DNA of 64,000 nucleotides. It comes from Fervidobacterium sp. (GTDB taxonomy: Bacteria; Thermotogota; Thermotogae; Thermotogales; Fervidobacteriaceae). Positions 1 to 9,529 of the stretch are shown here, one piece after another (position 1 is the first letter of the stretch; each line of letters begins with the position of its first letter). The notes under the pieces were generated by a model that was not told the DNA's origin, made no database searches, and saw only the letters and a list, made by a program, of their open reading frames with translations. The DNA lies in assembly GCA_049970055.1 (NCBI GenBank), contig JBMFNR010000001.1, positions 352,001 to 416,000 of the forward strand, written 5' to 3'. The position numbers and the translations under genes were made by a program.

Positions 1-1111
1 CAAGAGCCTCATCGTAACTATTTGTGTGGAGCGATTGTGTGCCACCAAGCACTGCAGCAAGCGCTTGGACTGTTACCCTTACTATGTTATTCATTGGTTG
101 TTGAGCTGTTAGCGTAGAGCCACCGGTTTGTGTATGGAACCTTAATTTCATTGCTTCTGGATCTGTCACACCAAATCTGTTTTTCATTATCTTTGCCCAG
201 AGTCGCCTTGCTGCTCTAAATTTCGCTATTTCTTCTAAGAAATTGTTGTGTGCCGCAAAGAAGAATGAGAGTCTCTTACCGAAGATGTTTGGATCAAGTC
301 CCTTCTTTATAGCAGCTTCAACGTATGTGATACCATCCGCTAATGTAAACGCGACTTCCTGAACTGCTGTTGAGCCTGCTTCTCTGATGTGGTAACCACT
401 AATGCTTATCGGGTTCCACTTTGGCATATATTTTGAACAGTACTCGAATATATCCGTTATCAATCTCATCGACGGTTCGGGTGGGTAAATGTACGTCCCT
501 CGTGCTATATATTCTTTTAGTATATCATTCTGAATCGTACCACTGAGCTGTTCTTGCGATACACCTTGTTTTTCAGCAACAGCAATGTACATCGCGAGCA
601 AAATCATTGCCGTACTGTTGATTGTCATAGAAGTACTTACTTGATCGAGTGGAATACCGTCGAATAGTATTTCCATATCTTTTAATGAATCGATAGCAAC
701 ACCAACACGTCCAACTTCGCCTTCAGCCATTGGGTCATCGGAGTCGTAGCCGATCTGAGTTGGAAGGTCAAACGCCACCGAAAGCCCAGTTTGCCCTTGC
801 TGTAGTAAGTACTTATACCTTTTGTTTGATTCTTCAGCTGTCCCAAAACCTGCGTACTGTCTCATCGTCCAGTACCTTGCACGGTACATTGTTGGCTGTA
901 CGCCACGCGTAAATGGATACTCTCCAGGGAATCCAAGATCGTTGACATAGTTGAGATTTTGAATGTCTTCTACTGTGTACAACCTCTTTATTTCGTATCC
1001 TGAAGTAGAGTAAAATGCTTCTTTTCTTTCTGGTACCTTCGATATGGATTTTTTCACTACTTCTTCATACCTTTTCTTCGCTTCTTCAAACCTTTCGTCG
1101 ATGTGTGACAT
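1..1111 (-). CDS. methylmalonyl-CoA mutase family, large (substrate-binding) subunit; runs off the left window edge
   Basis: Not in the ORF track. Manual translation from ATG at 1111: [10 protein letters not shown]...[37 protein letters not shown]...[17 protein letters not shown]...[12 protein letters not shown], the acyl-CoA mutase signature. AGGGGG RBS upstream. Confidence 0.93.
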   Translation of the reverse strand, partial: MSHIDERFEEAKKRYEEVVKKSISKVPERKEAFYSTSGYEIKRLYTVEDIQNLNYVNDLGFPGEYPFTRGVQPTMYRARYWTMRQYAGFGTAEESNKRYKYLLQQGQTGLSVAFDLPTQIGYDSDDPMAEGEVGRVGVAIDSLKDMEILFDGIPLDQVSTSMTINSTAMILLAMYIAVAEKQGVSQEQLSGTIQNDILKEYIARGTYIYPPEPSMRLITDIFEYCSKYMPKWNPISISGYHIREAGSTAVQEVAFTLADGITYVEAAIKKGLDPNIFGKRLSFFFAAHNNFLEEIAKFRAARRLWAKIMKNRFGVTDPEAMKLRFHTQTGGSTLTAQQPMNNIVRVTVQALAAVLGGTQSLHTNSYDEAL

Positions 1112-1133
1112 ACTTATCCCCCTTTTTTAGGTT

Positions 1134-1439
1134 TTATCCTTGACCATTAAGCACATTACCCTTGTCGTTTGGTTGGATGTAGGATTGAATCATTTTCTTA
1201 CCTTCTTCAAGGTTTTTGCCCATTCTTCTAAATTCTTCACGCTTTTCATTTAATATTTTTTGCCGTTTTAAATCTCTTTCGTAAACTTCGCGAAGTTGAT
1301 TCTCAGTAAGTGTTGGTAGAATTTTTCCCCTTTCATCGAGTAGTAAGTTGAGTTTTTCGTAATCTTCCTCCTCAATTGCTTTGTCTATTTCAAGTTCTAT
1401 TTGTATTATATCTTTATTAGCATTGTTAACATTTTCCAT
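1134..1439 (-). CDS. small helical protein, possibly FliT-like
   Basis: 101-aa charged helical ORF with GAGGTG RBS; 'EEDYEKLNLLLDER..IL' resembles FliT; family call is tentative. Confidence 0.55.
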   Translation of the reverse strand: MENVNNANKDIIQIELEIDKAIEEEDYEKLNLLLDERGKILPTLTENQLREVYERDLKRQKILNEKREEFRRMGKNLEEGKKMIQSYIQPNDKGNVLNGQG

Positions 1440-1448
1440 TATTTCACC

Positions 1449-1472
1449 TCATTACGCTTTTCATTACGCTTT
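1449..1472. repeat. 12-bp tandem duplication TCATTACGCTTT x2
   Basis: exact copies at 1449-1460 and 1461-1472. Confidence 0.9.
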
Positions 1473-2249
1473 CTAAAAATTCTTCATATGTTTTCTCAGC
1501 AATGGGTGGACAAAGTCTGGCGATATCTCTTTCATTGGTTCTATGAAAAATGTTCTATTTTCGAAATCATAATGTGGAACCACTAATGTTTCGCTTTCGA
1601 TTATCAAATTTCCATAAAAAAGTATGTCTAAATCGATTATCCTAGGCCCCCACCTTTCTTTCCTTACGCGTCCAAGCTTTTCCTCAATCTTCAGCAAAAC
1701 TTTGAGAAGCTCGTCTGGTGTGAGATTTGTGTCTATTTCCACAACACAATTTAAAAAATCTGGTTGGTCTGTTTTACCATAAGCCCTTGTTTCTATTACA
1801 CTTGATACCTTAAGGATTCTTGCAATTTTTTCAAGCTCTACAATGGCGTTTTCTATGTTTTTTTGCCTATTTCCAAGGTTCGTTCCGATACCTATAAATA
1901 CTTCCCCTTCTTCCCTTTCAACAATGGTTGTTGCAAATGTAAATTTATCATGCGAAAGTGTAGCGTGTAGAAAATTGTAAGTTCCAAACTTCGAAGGGGT
2001 GTAATTATGAATTTTAATGTACAAACTTCCGTCTTGCCTGTTTAAAAATGATATATCTTTGAATGAATGCCCAGAAATGCCTGTACCAAGTGCTTTAAAG
2101 TAACTTTCCTTTAATGAGAATCTTCCGGCCAAGTATTGTTGATCGATCTTATCTTTGTTTTTTTTCTCGTTATCTGTAAGGATGCGCTCTGCAAGTTTTA
2201 AATCAACTCTTGATATTTCCAATATATCGTTGCCAATTCCGATTATCAA
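1473..2249 (-). CDS. acpS-folK: fusion of holo-ACP synthase (AcpS) and 6-hydroxymethyl-7,8-dihydropterin pyrophosphokinase (FolK)
   Basis: N-terminal IGIGNDI...LAGRFSLKESYFKALGTG...LSHD (AcpS); C-terminal IGIGTNLGNR...DFLNCV...RWGPRIIDLDILFY...PH (HPPK). Confidence 0.9.
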   Translation of the reverse strand: MIIGIGNDILEISRVDLKLAERILTDNEKKNKDKIDQQYLAGRFSLKESYFKALGTGISGHSFKDISFLNRQDGSLYIKIHNYTPSKFGTYNFLHATLSHDKFTFATTIVEREEGEVFIGIGTNLGNRQKNIENAIVELEKIARILKVSSVIETRAYGKTDQPDFLNCVVEIDTNLTPDELLKVLLKIEEKLGRVRKERWGPRIIDLDILFYGNLIIESETLVVPHYDFENRTFFIEPMKEISPDFVHPLLRKHMKNF

Positions 2250-3631
2250 ACTGGGTATCCTCCTTCGAATGATTCTACGAGAGTCCAGTCAACTTGAATT
2301 TTTTCGTCGTATTTTTTCTTTAGATATTGTTTCCCGATTTCACCTAATATCGCGTATATAAGGAGCTCTTCATCCGTTTCTGCTAAGACACCTATTTCTT
2401 TTTTTCTTTTGTCAAGTTCGGGTTCTATGTAGTCTGCTGGTCTTCCTTTGATTGGTTTCTCGTTACCTAATATCTTTTTCACAAGCTCTTCATCAATTGG
2501 AGCAGGTGGCTTTCCGTAGAGTCCTTTTACGTAATCTTTTACTTCCCTGGTAACCTTAGCATATCTTTCACCGGTTATAACGTTTAGTACAGCTTGGACG
2601 CCAACGATTTGGCTTGTTGGTGTTACAAGTGGTGGGTAACCAAGATCCGCGCGTACTTTTGGAATTTCCTCTAAAACTGCATCAAGCTTGTGAAGCATTT
2701 TTTGTTCAGCAAGTTGTTTGACAAGGTTAGAATACATTCCACCAGGTACTTGAGAGGTAATTATCCTGTGATCAATACTGTACATATTAACATCGTAATT
2801 TGCGTATTTTTTCCTCACATCCCACAGATATTTTACTATTTTATCGACTTTTTTCCAGTCTATTTCCGGTAGTTTTTTGTATTCCGAAAACGCGTAATAT
2901 ATAGCTTCAAAAGCAGGTTGACTTGTCGTCATGCCGAACGGTGAAATTGCAGTGTCTACAATATCAGCACCCGCAAGGAATGCGGTCACGTAAGCCAGTT
3001 CCCCTAACCCAGCCGTTGAGTGCGAGTGCACTTCAACAGGCAAGTCAAAATGATTTTTTAATTGACTTACAAGTTCACCGGCAATCTTTGGTGTGAGTAA
3101 TCCCGCCATATCCTTTATACAAAGCGAATGAACCCCTCTCTCTACGAGTTGCTTTGCATAGTTGAGATAATATTCAACAGTGTGGACAGGACTTGTTGTG
3201 TAGGACATGGCACCTTGCACATGCACACCACATTCCAAGGCCACTTCTATGCTCTTTTCAACGTTTCTAATATCGTTGAGTGCATCGAAGATTCTTATCA
3301 CTTGTACACCGTTTTCAACAGCTTTTCTGATGAAAAGTTCTACTACATCGTCAGCGTAATGTCTGTATCCAACAAGGTTTTGACCTCTTAAAAGCATCTG
3401 AGTTTTTCCATTCTTTAGTCTTTTTCTGATTTCTCTCAGTCTGTCCCATGGGTCTTCATTCAAAAACCTTACGCACACATCAAATGTGGCTCCACCCCAA
3501 ACTTCGAGAGCTTGAAACCCGAGACTATCAACTTCTTCAATTATTTCAAGTATATCTTTCGTACTCATGCGCGTAGCAATCAATGACTGATGACCATCAC
3601 GGAATGTTGTATCTGTGAAGATACTAAGCAT
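2246..3631 (-). CDS. carboxyltransferase (pyruvate carboxylase B / oxaloacetate decarboxylase alpha / transcarboxylase 5S family), no biotinyl domain
   Basis: RDGHQSL, EVWGGATFD, IKDMAG, HSH, QVPGGM, YPPLVTPTSQIVG motifs; no C-terminal AMKM. Confidence 0.9.
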   Translation of the reverse strand: MLSIFTDTTFRDGHQSLIATRMSTKDILEIIEEVDSLGFQALEVWGGATFDVCVRFLNEDPWDRLREIRKRLKNGKTQMLLRGQNLVGYRHYADDVVELFIRKAVENGVQVIRIFDALNDIRNVEKSIEVALECGVHVQGAMSYTTSPVHTVEYYLNYAKQLVERGVHSLCIKDMAGLLTPKIAGELVSQLKNHFDLPVEVHSHSTAGLGELAYVTAFLAGADIVDTAISPFGMTTSQPAFEAIYYAFSEYKKLPEIDWKKVDKIVKYLWDVRKKYANYDVNMYSIDHRIITSQVPGGMYSNLVKQLAEQKMLHKLDAVLEEIPKVRADLGYPPLVTPTSQIVGVQAVLNVITGERYAKVTREVKDYVKGLYGKPPAPIDEELVKKILGNEKPIKGRPADYIEPELDKRKKEIGVLAETDEELLIYAILGEIGKQYLKKKYDEKIQVDWTLVESFEGGYPV

Positions 3632-3738
3632 TGATATACACCTTCCTTTATAGATGTTATCCTTGGCGTTATCTCGATAAAATTATACCACTTTTATAAT
3701 TTTTGTTAAATTCGCTAAACGATGATGAGAAGCAAATG

Positions 3739-3762
3739 AACGGTTAAAAAAACGGTTAAAAA
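3739..3762. repeat. 12-bp tandem duplication AACGGTTAAAAA x2 in a divergent promoter region
   Basis: copies at 3739-3750 and 3751-3762. Confidence 0.85.
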
Positions 3763-3812
3763 TTGTACAAATGCTTTTTTGGACAAGTAAGCTTATCGAT
3801 TTGGGTTTATTA

Positions 3813-3821
3813 TGGTATAAT
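3813..3821 (+). promoter_or_regulatory. extended -10 promoter (TGG-TATAAT)
   Basis: TGn-TATAAT upstream of the first gene of the plus-strand block. Confidence 0.55.
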
Positions 3822-3878
3822 TAATTAAGTTGGAAACTCATGGAGAGAATCATAAAATATAAGGAGGTAGTTTACTCA

Positions 3879-4406
3879 ATGCAAGTTGAAAGAGGATCTG
3901 ATAAACATTTTGAACGGAAAAATGAAAGATTAACAAGCGTAAGAAACAATCCCATTGGAAAAGGAGAGTACTATTTTCTGATATTGTTAGGATTTATAAC
4001 GTTTGTTTTCGGGTTTATATCTCTTGCTGTCTATTTTGCTGTACTGTACTTAGCACCAATCGTGTCCAATTTAACGGGGTTGACATTTCTTGACTCAAGA
4101 TTTCTTTTATTTTCTATTGTAATGCTCACTACAAGTGGTTTTTTCACAGCAACTTATCCTTACTCTAAGGCGATTGGAGGTAATTCATCTTTTCACATAA
4201 TACTTGCACTTGCAACTTCTGGGGTTAGCCTCGGCGTTCAACTTTACAAACTCGCTGTAACGGGCCCTACTTGGATTGGTATTGACTTACTTCAATCACA
4301 CGGCAACACAATTGAAATGATGTACCTTTCGGCGGTATATTTTTCTTATACTCTTGTTCTTTTTGTTCTGCAGTTCACAATCATGCGAAAAGAATTTTCG
4401 GAGTAG
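3879..4406 (+). CDS. hypothetical membrane protein, about 4 TM segments
   Basis: hydrophobic stretches; start moved to ATG 3879 behind the AAGGAGGT RBS. Confidence 0.75.
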   Translation: MQVERGSDKHFERKNERLTSVRNNPIGKGEYYFLILLGFITFVFGFISLAVYFAVLYLAPIVSNLTGLTFLDSRFLLFSIVMLTTSGFFTATYPYSKAIGGNSSFHIILALATSGVSLGVQLYKLAVTGPTWIGIDLLQSHGNTIEMMYLSAVYFSYTLVLFVLQFTIMRKEFSE

Positions 4407-4492
4407 TCTAAATTATTATAGTCCAATTAGCTAATTTAGTCTATTTGTTCAACTTTTAAAAGTTTTTTTTGAAAGGATTGATGGTATAACGT

Positions 4493-5773
4493 ATGAAAGT
4501 GTTAGGTGTCGTTGTTGAGTACAATCCATTTCATTTTGGGCATTTACTACATCTTGAGGAAGCTAAAAAACTTGTAAAACCAGACTACGTTATTGCTGTG
4601 ATGAGTGGTAATTTCTGCCAACGTGGTGAACCTGCTATTGTGAACAAGTTTGCACGCACCGAAATTGCGTTAAGACACGGCGTAGATATTATATTTGAGC
4701 TTCCAACAATTTACGCGGTACAAGATGCCGGGGGGTTTGCTCTGGGATCCGTTGGCGTACTTGATCGAACGGGTGTTGTAACTGATATAGTTTTTGGAAG
4801 TGAAAGTGGAGATATTGGATTTTTAAATAAAGTGGCTCATTTGCTTATTTATCAAACACCTGAATTTGAAAAAGCTTTCAAAATGCATTTAAAACTTGGT
4901 TATTCGTATCCAAACGCGAGAAAGTATGCATTGATGGATGTACTAGATAACGAAGTCGAGAAATTATCAAAGTCAAATGACATATTAGGCATCGAATACT
5001 TGAAAGCTTTAATTAAATACAAAAGCAAAATAAACGCTCATGTTATAAAGCGAGTTGGCGCTGATTACAACGACGAAGATTTTAAGGGTAAATATTCATC
5101 TGCTAGTGCGATTAGGAAGTTTATAAAGAAAAACACATTTGAAAAATTGAAGGGCTTTATTCCCGAATGGACTTACAAAATCCTCGAACGTGAATTTTCG
5201 GAAGGTAGAGGCCCTGTTTTCTGGGAAGCGCTTGATTTTCTTGTATTCATGTTTAGAAAGTTGAAAAGAGAAGATTTTGAAAAAATTTACAGTTTCAGCG
5301 AAGGTTTAGATTTAAGATTTTACGAAGCTGCAAGAAGCACAGGTACTATTCAAGACTTTGTGGAAAGAGTTAAGGCTAAACGTTTCACGTATTCACGAAT
5401 AAGAAGGGCGATACTGCATGTGCTTTTCGAGATGGATAAGTCGATGATAGAGCTGAGTAACGAAAAAGGCCCACAATATTTGAGGCTTCTTGGTTTTAGC
5501 AACAGGGGCAGAGAATTGTTAAAGGTAATAAAAAAGAACTCAAAACTGCCAATAATTTCAACTGCTTCCCTTTACAAAAATGTTCTTGAACAAGCGAAAA
5601 AGAGAATCTCAGAAGGTAAGGTCAATTGGGAAATTGACGATGAACTGTACATTTGGCAATTTGAAAGGGATCTACTTGCAGGTGATCTGTACACATTTTT
5701 GTACCCTGAAAAGTCACAACGCCAGGCTGGAATGGATTTTGATTACACGGTGGTAAGTATCCATGGCGAATGA
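4493..5773 (+). CDS. tmcAL: tRNA(Met) cytidine acetate ligase (HIGH-type nucleotidyltransferase)
   Basis: VEYNPFHFGH, VMSGNFCQRGEP, FGSESG, SNDILGIEY, SASAIR, YLRLLGF. Confidence 0.88.
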   Translation: MKVLGVVVEYNPFHFGHLLHLEEAKKLVKPDYVIAVMSGNFCQRGEPAIVNKFARTEIALRHGVDIIFELPTIYAVQDAGGFALGSVGVLDRTGVVTDIVFGSESGDIGFLNKVAHLLIYQTPEFEKAFKMHLKLGYSYPNARKYALMDVLDNEVEKLSKSNDILGIEYLKALIKYKSKINAHVIKRVGADYNDEDFKGKYSSASAIRKFIKKNTFEKLKGFIPEWTYKILEREFSEGRGPVFWEALDFLVFMFRKLKREDFEKIYSFSEGLDLRFYEAARSTGTIQDFVERVKAKRFTYSRIRRAILHVLFEMDKSMIELSNEKGPQYLRLLGFSNRGRELLKVIKKNSKLPIISTASLYKNVLEQAKKRISEGKVNWEIDDELYIWQFERDLLAGDLYTFLYPEKSQRQAGMDFDYTVVSIHGE

Positions 5774-8525
5774 AATTTTGATTATACCAAGTGAAAAGTG
5801 TACAAACTTGGAAGGTTACTACTACATCCCCGATTATGATGTCTTACCATACGAAAACCTAAAACCTTCTTGGTACGTACGTTCAAGAAGAATATTTTCC
5901 TTGTATCTTGCACTGCAAGGTAAACTCAAAGGCATTGCCACACTAAGGTCGATTCTTCATTACGTTATGAAGCCGGAGGAATTTAAGAATCACATACATG
6001 CCTTCAAACGAGGAGATATCGTATCTTCATGGGAAGATTTATTCATTAAACTTGGTTACGAGCGTGTTTTTAATGTACGTGAGGGTGGAACATTTTCGAT
6101 ACGTGGTGAAATAATCGATTTCCTTGGTCCTGATAATGTTCCTGTAAGAATTGAATTGTACGATCATATGATTGAGGACATTAGAACATTTGACTTGAAA
6201 ACTCAAAGGAGTTTAGAGAAACTTGAAAGTGCCACTTTGCTGCCGGCAAGAGAGTTCGTTGTAGATTCTGAAAGGTTAGAAAGAGTAAGTTTAGAGCCCA
6301 TTGAAGAACAGTTAACTGGGAAATATGTAAATGGTACCTTTTTAGACTACGATGTAGCAGTGTTTGTTCAAAATAGGAAATCGTGTTTAGATCATTTTAT
6401 TTCCTTTGAACGCGAACTCAGAAATTCAATGAGTGTTGAGCGGAAAGAAGATTACAAAAGATACGGAATAATAGATTACGAAGTCGTACTTTCGAAAGCA
6501 AAAGAAGCGAATTTAGAAAAGGTTGAAGAAAAAAAATCTGCAAGTGTTGTTCATGCGTCAGAAGATTATCTATCGGCTCCAGTGATATCCGAAGAGGAAT
6601 TGCAAGTTGGAGATATTGTTGTACACAAGAAATATGGTGTGGCCAAGTTCTCTGAGCTTAAGAAAGTGGAAACTTCAAGCGGTCAAAGAGAATTCTTAGT
6701 ACTTGCTTTTGCTGATTCAACACTTTATGTGCCCATTGAAAGGATAGACTTGATAGATAAGTATATAGGTGATGACGTAAATGTAAAACTCGACTCGCTC
6801 AAAAAAGGTACATGGGCGAAAAAGGTATCGAAAGTAAAGAGAAACATCGAGACAATTGTGAGAGAATTGTTACTCATTCATCACATTAGAAATTCTACAA
6901 AAGGGATAACGTTACCTGGGCATGCTGAACTTGAAAGTGAATTTGCGAAAACTTTCCCTTACATTGAAACAGAAGATCAGCTTAAAGCCATAAATGAAGT
7001 ATTGGAAGATCTTGCTAGTGATAAACCAATGGACAGATTACTTGTTGGTGATGCTGGTTACGGGAAGACGGAAGTTGCCATTCGGGCAATTTTCAGGACT
7101 ATAGTTTCTGGAAAGCAAGCAGTTTTACTTGCTCCCACAACAGTGCTCGCTAAGCAACACTACGAGAATATTTCGGAGAGATTTAAACCTTTCGGAATAA
7201 AAGTAGCACTGCTGGACAGGTTCACAACGAAGAAACAGAAAGACGAGATAATTAAAGGTGTGAGAAGTGGTAAAATAGATCTTCTCATCGGCACACACAG
7301 TATTTTAAATAATGTTGTTTTTGCAGATCTTGGACTTGTCGTAGTAGATGAGGAGCAAAAGTTTGGAGTGGAGCAAAAGGAAAGGTTTAAAAAATTCAGA
7401 GTGAATGTCAATGTTTTATCTATGAGTGCAACACCCATCCCCAGAACTTTACACATGGCTTTTTCCGAACTCAAAGACCTTTCAGAGATCAAAACACCAC
7501 CATTTGGAAGAAAGGAGATACAAGTTCATATAGGACCGTACGACGAAAGGATCATTAAGCTTGCCATATTACGTGAAATTGGACGAGGTGGTCAGGTAAT
7601 ATACGTACACAACCGTGTGAATACAATCTACGATGTGTACGATAGATTAAATATGCTACTACCAGATGTGTCGATAGTCGTTGGGCATGGTCAACAATCA
7701 AAAAGCGAATTGAAGAAAGCTATCGATATGTTCTTCCATGGGAAAGCCGATGTATTGTTGTGCACAACAATTGTGGAAAATGGTGTAGATGTACCAAACG
7801 CGAATACTATAATTGTTGATGATGCTCATAGGTATGGTCTTGCGCAACTTTATCAACTTAGGGGACGTGTAGGTAGAAGCGATAAATTGTCCTTTGCATA
7901 CTTTTTCCATCCGCGACATGCAAATACTAAAGTTCTTGAAAGACTTTATGCAGTTAAATCTTACGTTGGACCTGGCAGTGGACTGAAGATAGCTATGAGA
8001 GATATGGAAATACGTGGTATTGGTGCCGTATTTGGACTTGAACAACATGGGTATATCAACGACGTTGGACTGAATTATTACCTTGAAATGTTGAACGAAG
8101 CAATCCAAGAAAGTAAAGGTGTTGTTATAAGTAAGATTGATACTGAGATCGAAGGGATTCCAGGTAGTATAGTGATACCTGAGTTCTACATATACGATCC
8201 TTTTGAAAGAATGAGAATTTACAGAAGGATAGCTTCAGTGACAAGTACCGAAGAGTTACTTGGAATAAGAGATGAATTACTCGATAGATTTGGAAAGCTT
8301 CCAGAGAGCGTTGAAAACCTTTTGAAGTATGCAATGCTTAGAGTCATTCTTTGGAAGATGGGTGTCAAAAAGGCTATTGTTGGTGATTCAAGCATAGCTG
8401 TTGAATTTAAATCAGGATTTTTTGAGAAGCTCTCTGATAAGTACATATACAACGAAAAAGAAAACACCTACATATTCTTAGTTGATGTTGATGAATTAGT
8501 GAGTGTACACGAGATTAGAGTTTAA
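5763..8525 (+). CDS. mfd: transcription-repair coupling factor (N-terminally short)
   Basis: RID/CarD-like domain (VVHKKYGV), GDAGYGKTE, DEEQKFG, SATPIPRT, QLRGRVGR, DMEIRGIG, C-terminal TRCF domain. Confidence 0.93.
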   Translation: MANEILIIPSEKCTNLEGYYYIPDYDVLPYENLKPSWYVRSRRIFSLYLALQGKLKGIATLRSILHYVMKPEEFKNHIHAFKRGDIVSSWEDLFIKLGYERVFNVREGGTFSIRGEIIDFLGPDNVPVRIELYDHMIEDIRTFDLKTQRSLEKLESATLLPAREFVVDSERLERVSLEPIEEQLTGKYVNGTFLDYDVAVFVQNRKSCLDHFISFERELRNSMSVERKEDYKRYGIIDYEVVLSKAKEANLEKVEEKKSASVVHASEDYLSAPVISEEELQVGDIVVHKKYGVAKFSELKKVETSSGQREFLVLAFADSTLYVPIERIDLIDKYIGDDVNVKLDSLKKGTWAKKVSKVKRNIETIVRELLLIHHIRNSTKGITLPGHAELESEFAKTFPYIETEDQLKAINEVLEDLASDKPMDRLLVGDAGYGKTEVAIRAIFRTIVSGKQAVLLAPTTVLAKQHYENISERFKPFGIKVALLDRFTTKKQKDEIIKGVRSGKIDLLIGTHSILNNVVFADLGLVVVDEEQKFGVEQKERFKKFRVNVNVLSMSATPIPRTLHMAFSELKDLSEIKTPPFGRKEIQVHIGPYDERIIKLAILREIGRGGQVIYVHNRVNTIYDVYDRLNMLLPDVSIVVGHGQQSKSELKKAIDMFFHGKADVLLCTTIVENGVDVPNANTIIVDDAHRYGLAQLYQLRGRVGRSDKLSFAYFFHPRHANTKVLERLYAVKSYVGPGSGLKIAMRDMEIRGIGAVFGLEQHGYINDVGLNYYLEMLNEAIQESKGVVISKIDTEIEGIPGSIVIPEFYIYDPFERMRIYRRIASVTSTEELLGIRDELLDRFGKLPESVENLLKYAMLRVILWKMGVKKAIVGDSSIAVEFKSGFFEKLSDKYIYNEKENTYIFLVDVDELVSVHEIRV

Positions 8526-8543
8526 TAAAGGGAGAGTAGTGAT

Positions 8544-9197
8544 TTGTACGTATATGGAACCATCGTAGAATCGTACGGAAAATATGTAAAAATAAAAGTT
8601 AAGGATGGAGAGTTTGTAATAAGAAGTGACAAAAAAGCTCCAAAAGAAGGAACAAAGATAGAAATAAAAGATTTTGGCAAGGGTGATTATTTGGCAAAGG
8701 TTCTGGCAAAGAAACCCGGTGAATTTGAGGAACTACCAAGTGTCCGGTTTATCGATATTTCTGAAAAGCTTCTTTCAGGTGTAAACGTAAAACATCTAGA
8801 TACTCTTTCCGTTGCACTGGCACTTTTTTTGGAAGAGTTAGCCAAGAGAATAGACTTAACTCATCTTTTGATGCTAAAATTACAAAACATCCTTAGTGGC
8901 GACAGTTCAGAAGAAGAGGGAAAATTTTTAAGATACTTGAACTTATTATCTGGCAGATACGGTTTAAAAAGTGAAAAGAATACTGTGGTTTTTATGGATA
9001 GAAAACTCAAAACGTTTTTGGTCTTTCTTGAAGATAACAAAATTTTTGGCAAGGTGACGGAAGGTATTCAAGATTCCGTAATTTTGTACTTTGAGAAAGT
9101 TCCAGATAACGCGAAATTGCTTGAAGAATCTTTGAAAAGATACTTTCAGGTTGTGTTGATAAAACTTGAAAGTTTTTCGGAAGGAGCGTATGTATAG
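8544..9197 (+). CDS. hypothetical protein, directly upstream of the FlhB-like gene
   Basis: 217-aa ORF, TTG start with GGGAG RBS, in operon. Confidence 0.65.
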   Translation: MYVYGTIVESYGKYVKIKVKDGEFVIRSDKKAPKEGTKIEIKDFGKGDYLAKVLAKKPGEFEELPSVRFIDISEKLLSGVNVKHLDTLSVALALFLEELAKRIDLTHLLMLKLQNILSGDSSEEEGKFLRYLNLLSGRYGLKSEKNTVVFMDRKLKTFLVFLEDNKIFGKVTEGIQDSVILYFEKVPDNAKLLEESLKRYFQVVLIKLESFSEGAYV

Positions 9198-9199
9198 AA

Positions 9200-9511
9200 A
9201 TGTATAAAACAGATGAGAAGATCAAGCACGATTGCACAGAGAAATTAGCGGCAGCTTTGAGATATCAATCAGGAAGAGATTTTGCACCATTTATAGTGGC
9301 AAAAGGGAAATGCTATATGGCTGAAGCTATAATCAAAAAAGCTCAGCAGAGTAATGTGCCGATAGTGAAATCACCGGAGCTTGTTGATGAACTTTTTAGG
9401 CTCGATGTACTTGAGATGATTCCTTCAAAATTATACGTTGCTGTTGCGGAAGTTCTTGCTTTTGTTCAATTACAAAATATGGAAAAAGGTAGTGAAAAAT
9501 CGGGACTTTAG
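9200..9511 (+). CDS. FlhB C-terminal-like protein (EscU/YscU/HrcU family, FlhX/YlqH type)
   Basis: AAALRY...APFIVAKG...AEAIIKKA...VPI...L..IP..LYVAVAEVLAFV. Confidence 0.85.
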   Translation: MYKTDEKIKHDCTEKLAAALRYQSGRDFAPFIVAKGKCYMAEAIIKKAQQSNVPIVKSPELVDELFRLDVLEMIPSKLYVAVAEVLAFVQLQNMEKGSEKSGL

Positions 9512-9529
9512 GGTAAGGAGGCGACCAAT

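Noticed and set aside
5763..6500. mfd as a truncated pseudogene
   Set aside because: The ORF is intact with all motor motifs and is coupled to tmcAL; a short N-terminus fits a lineage trait
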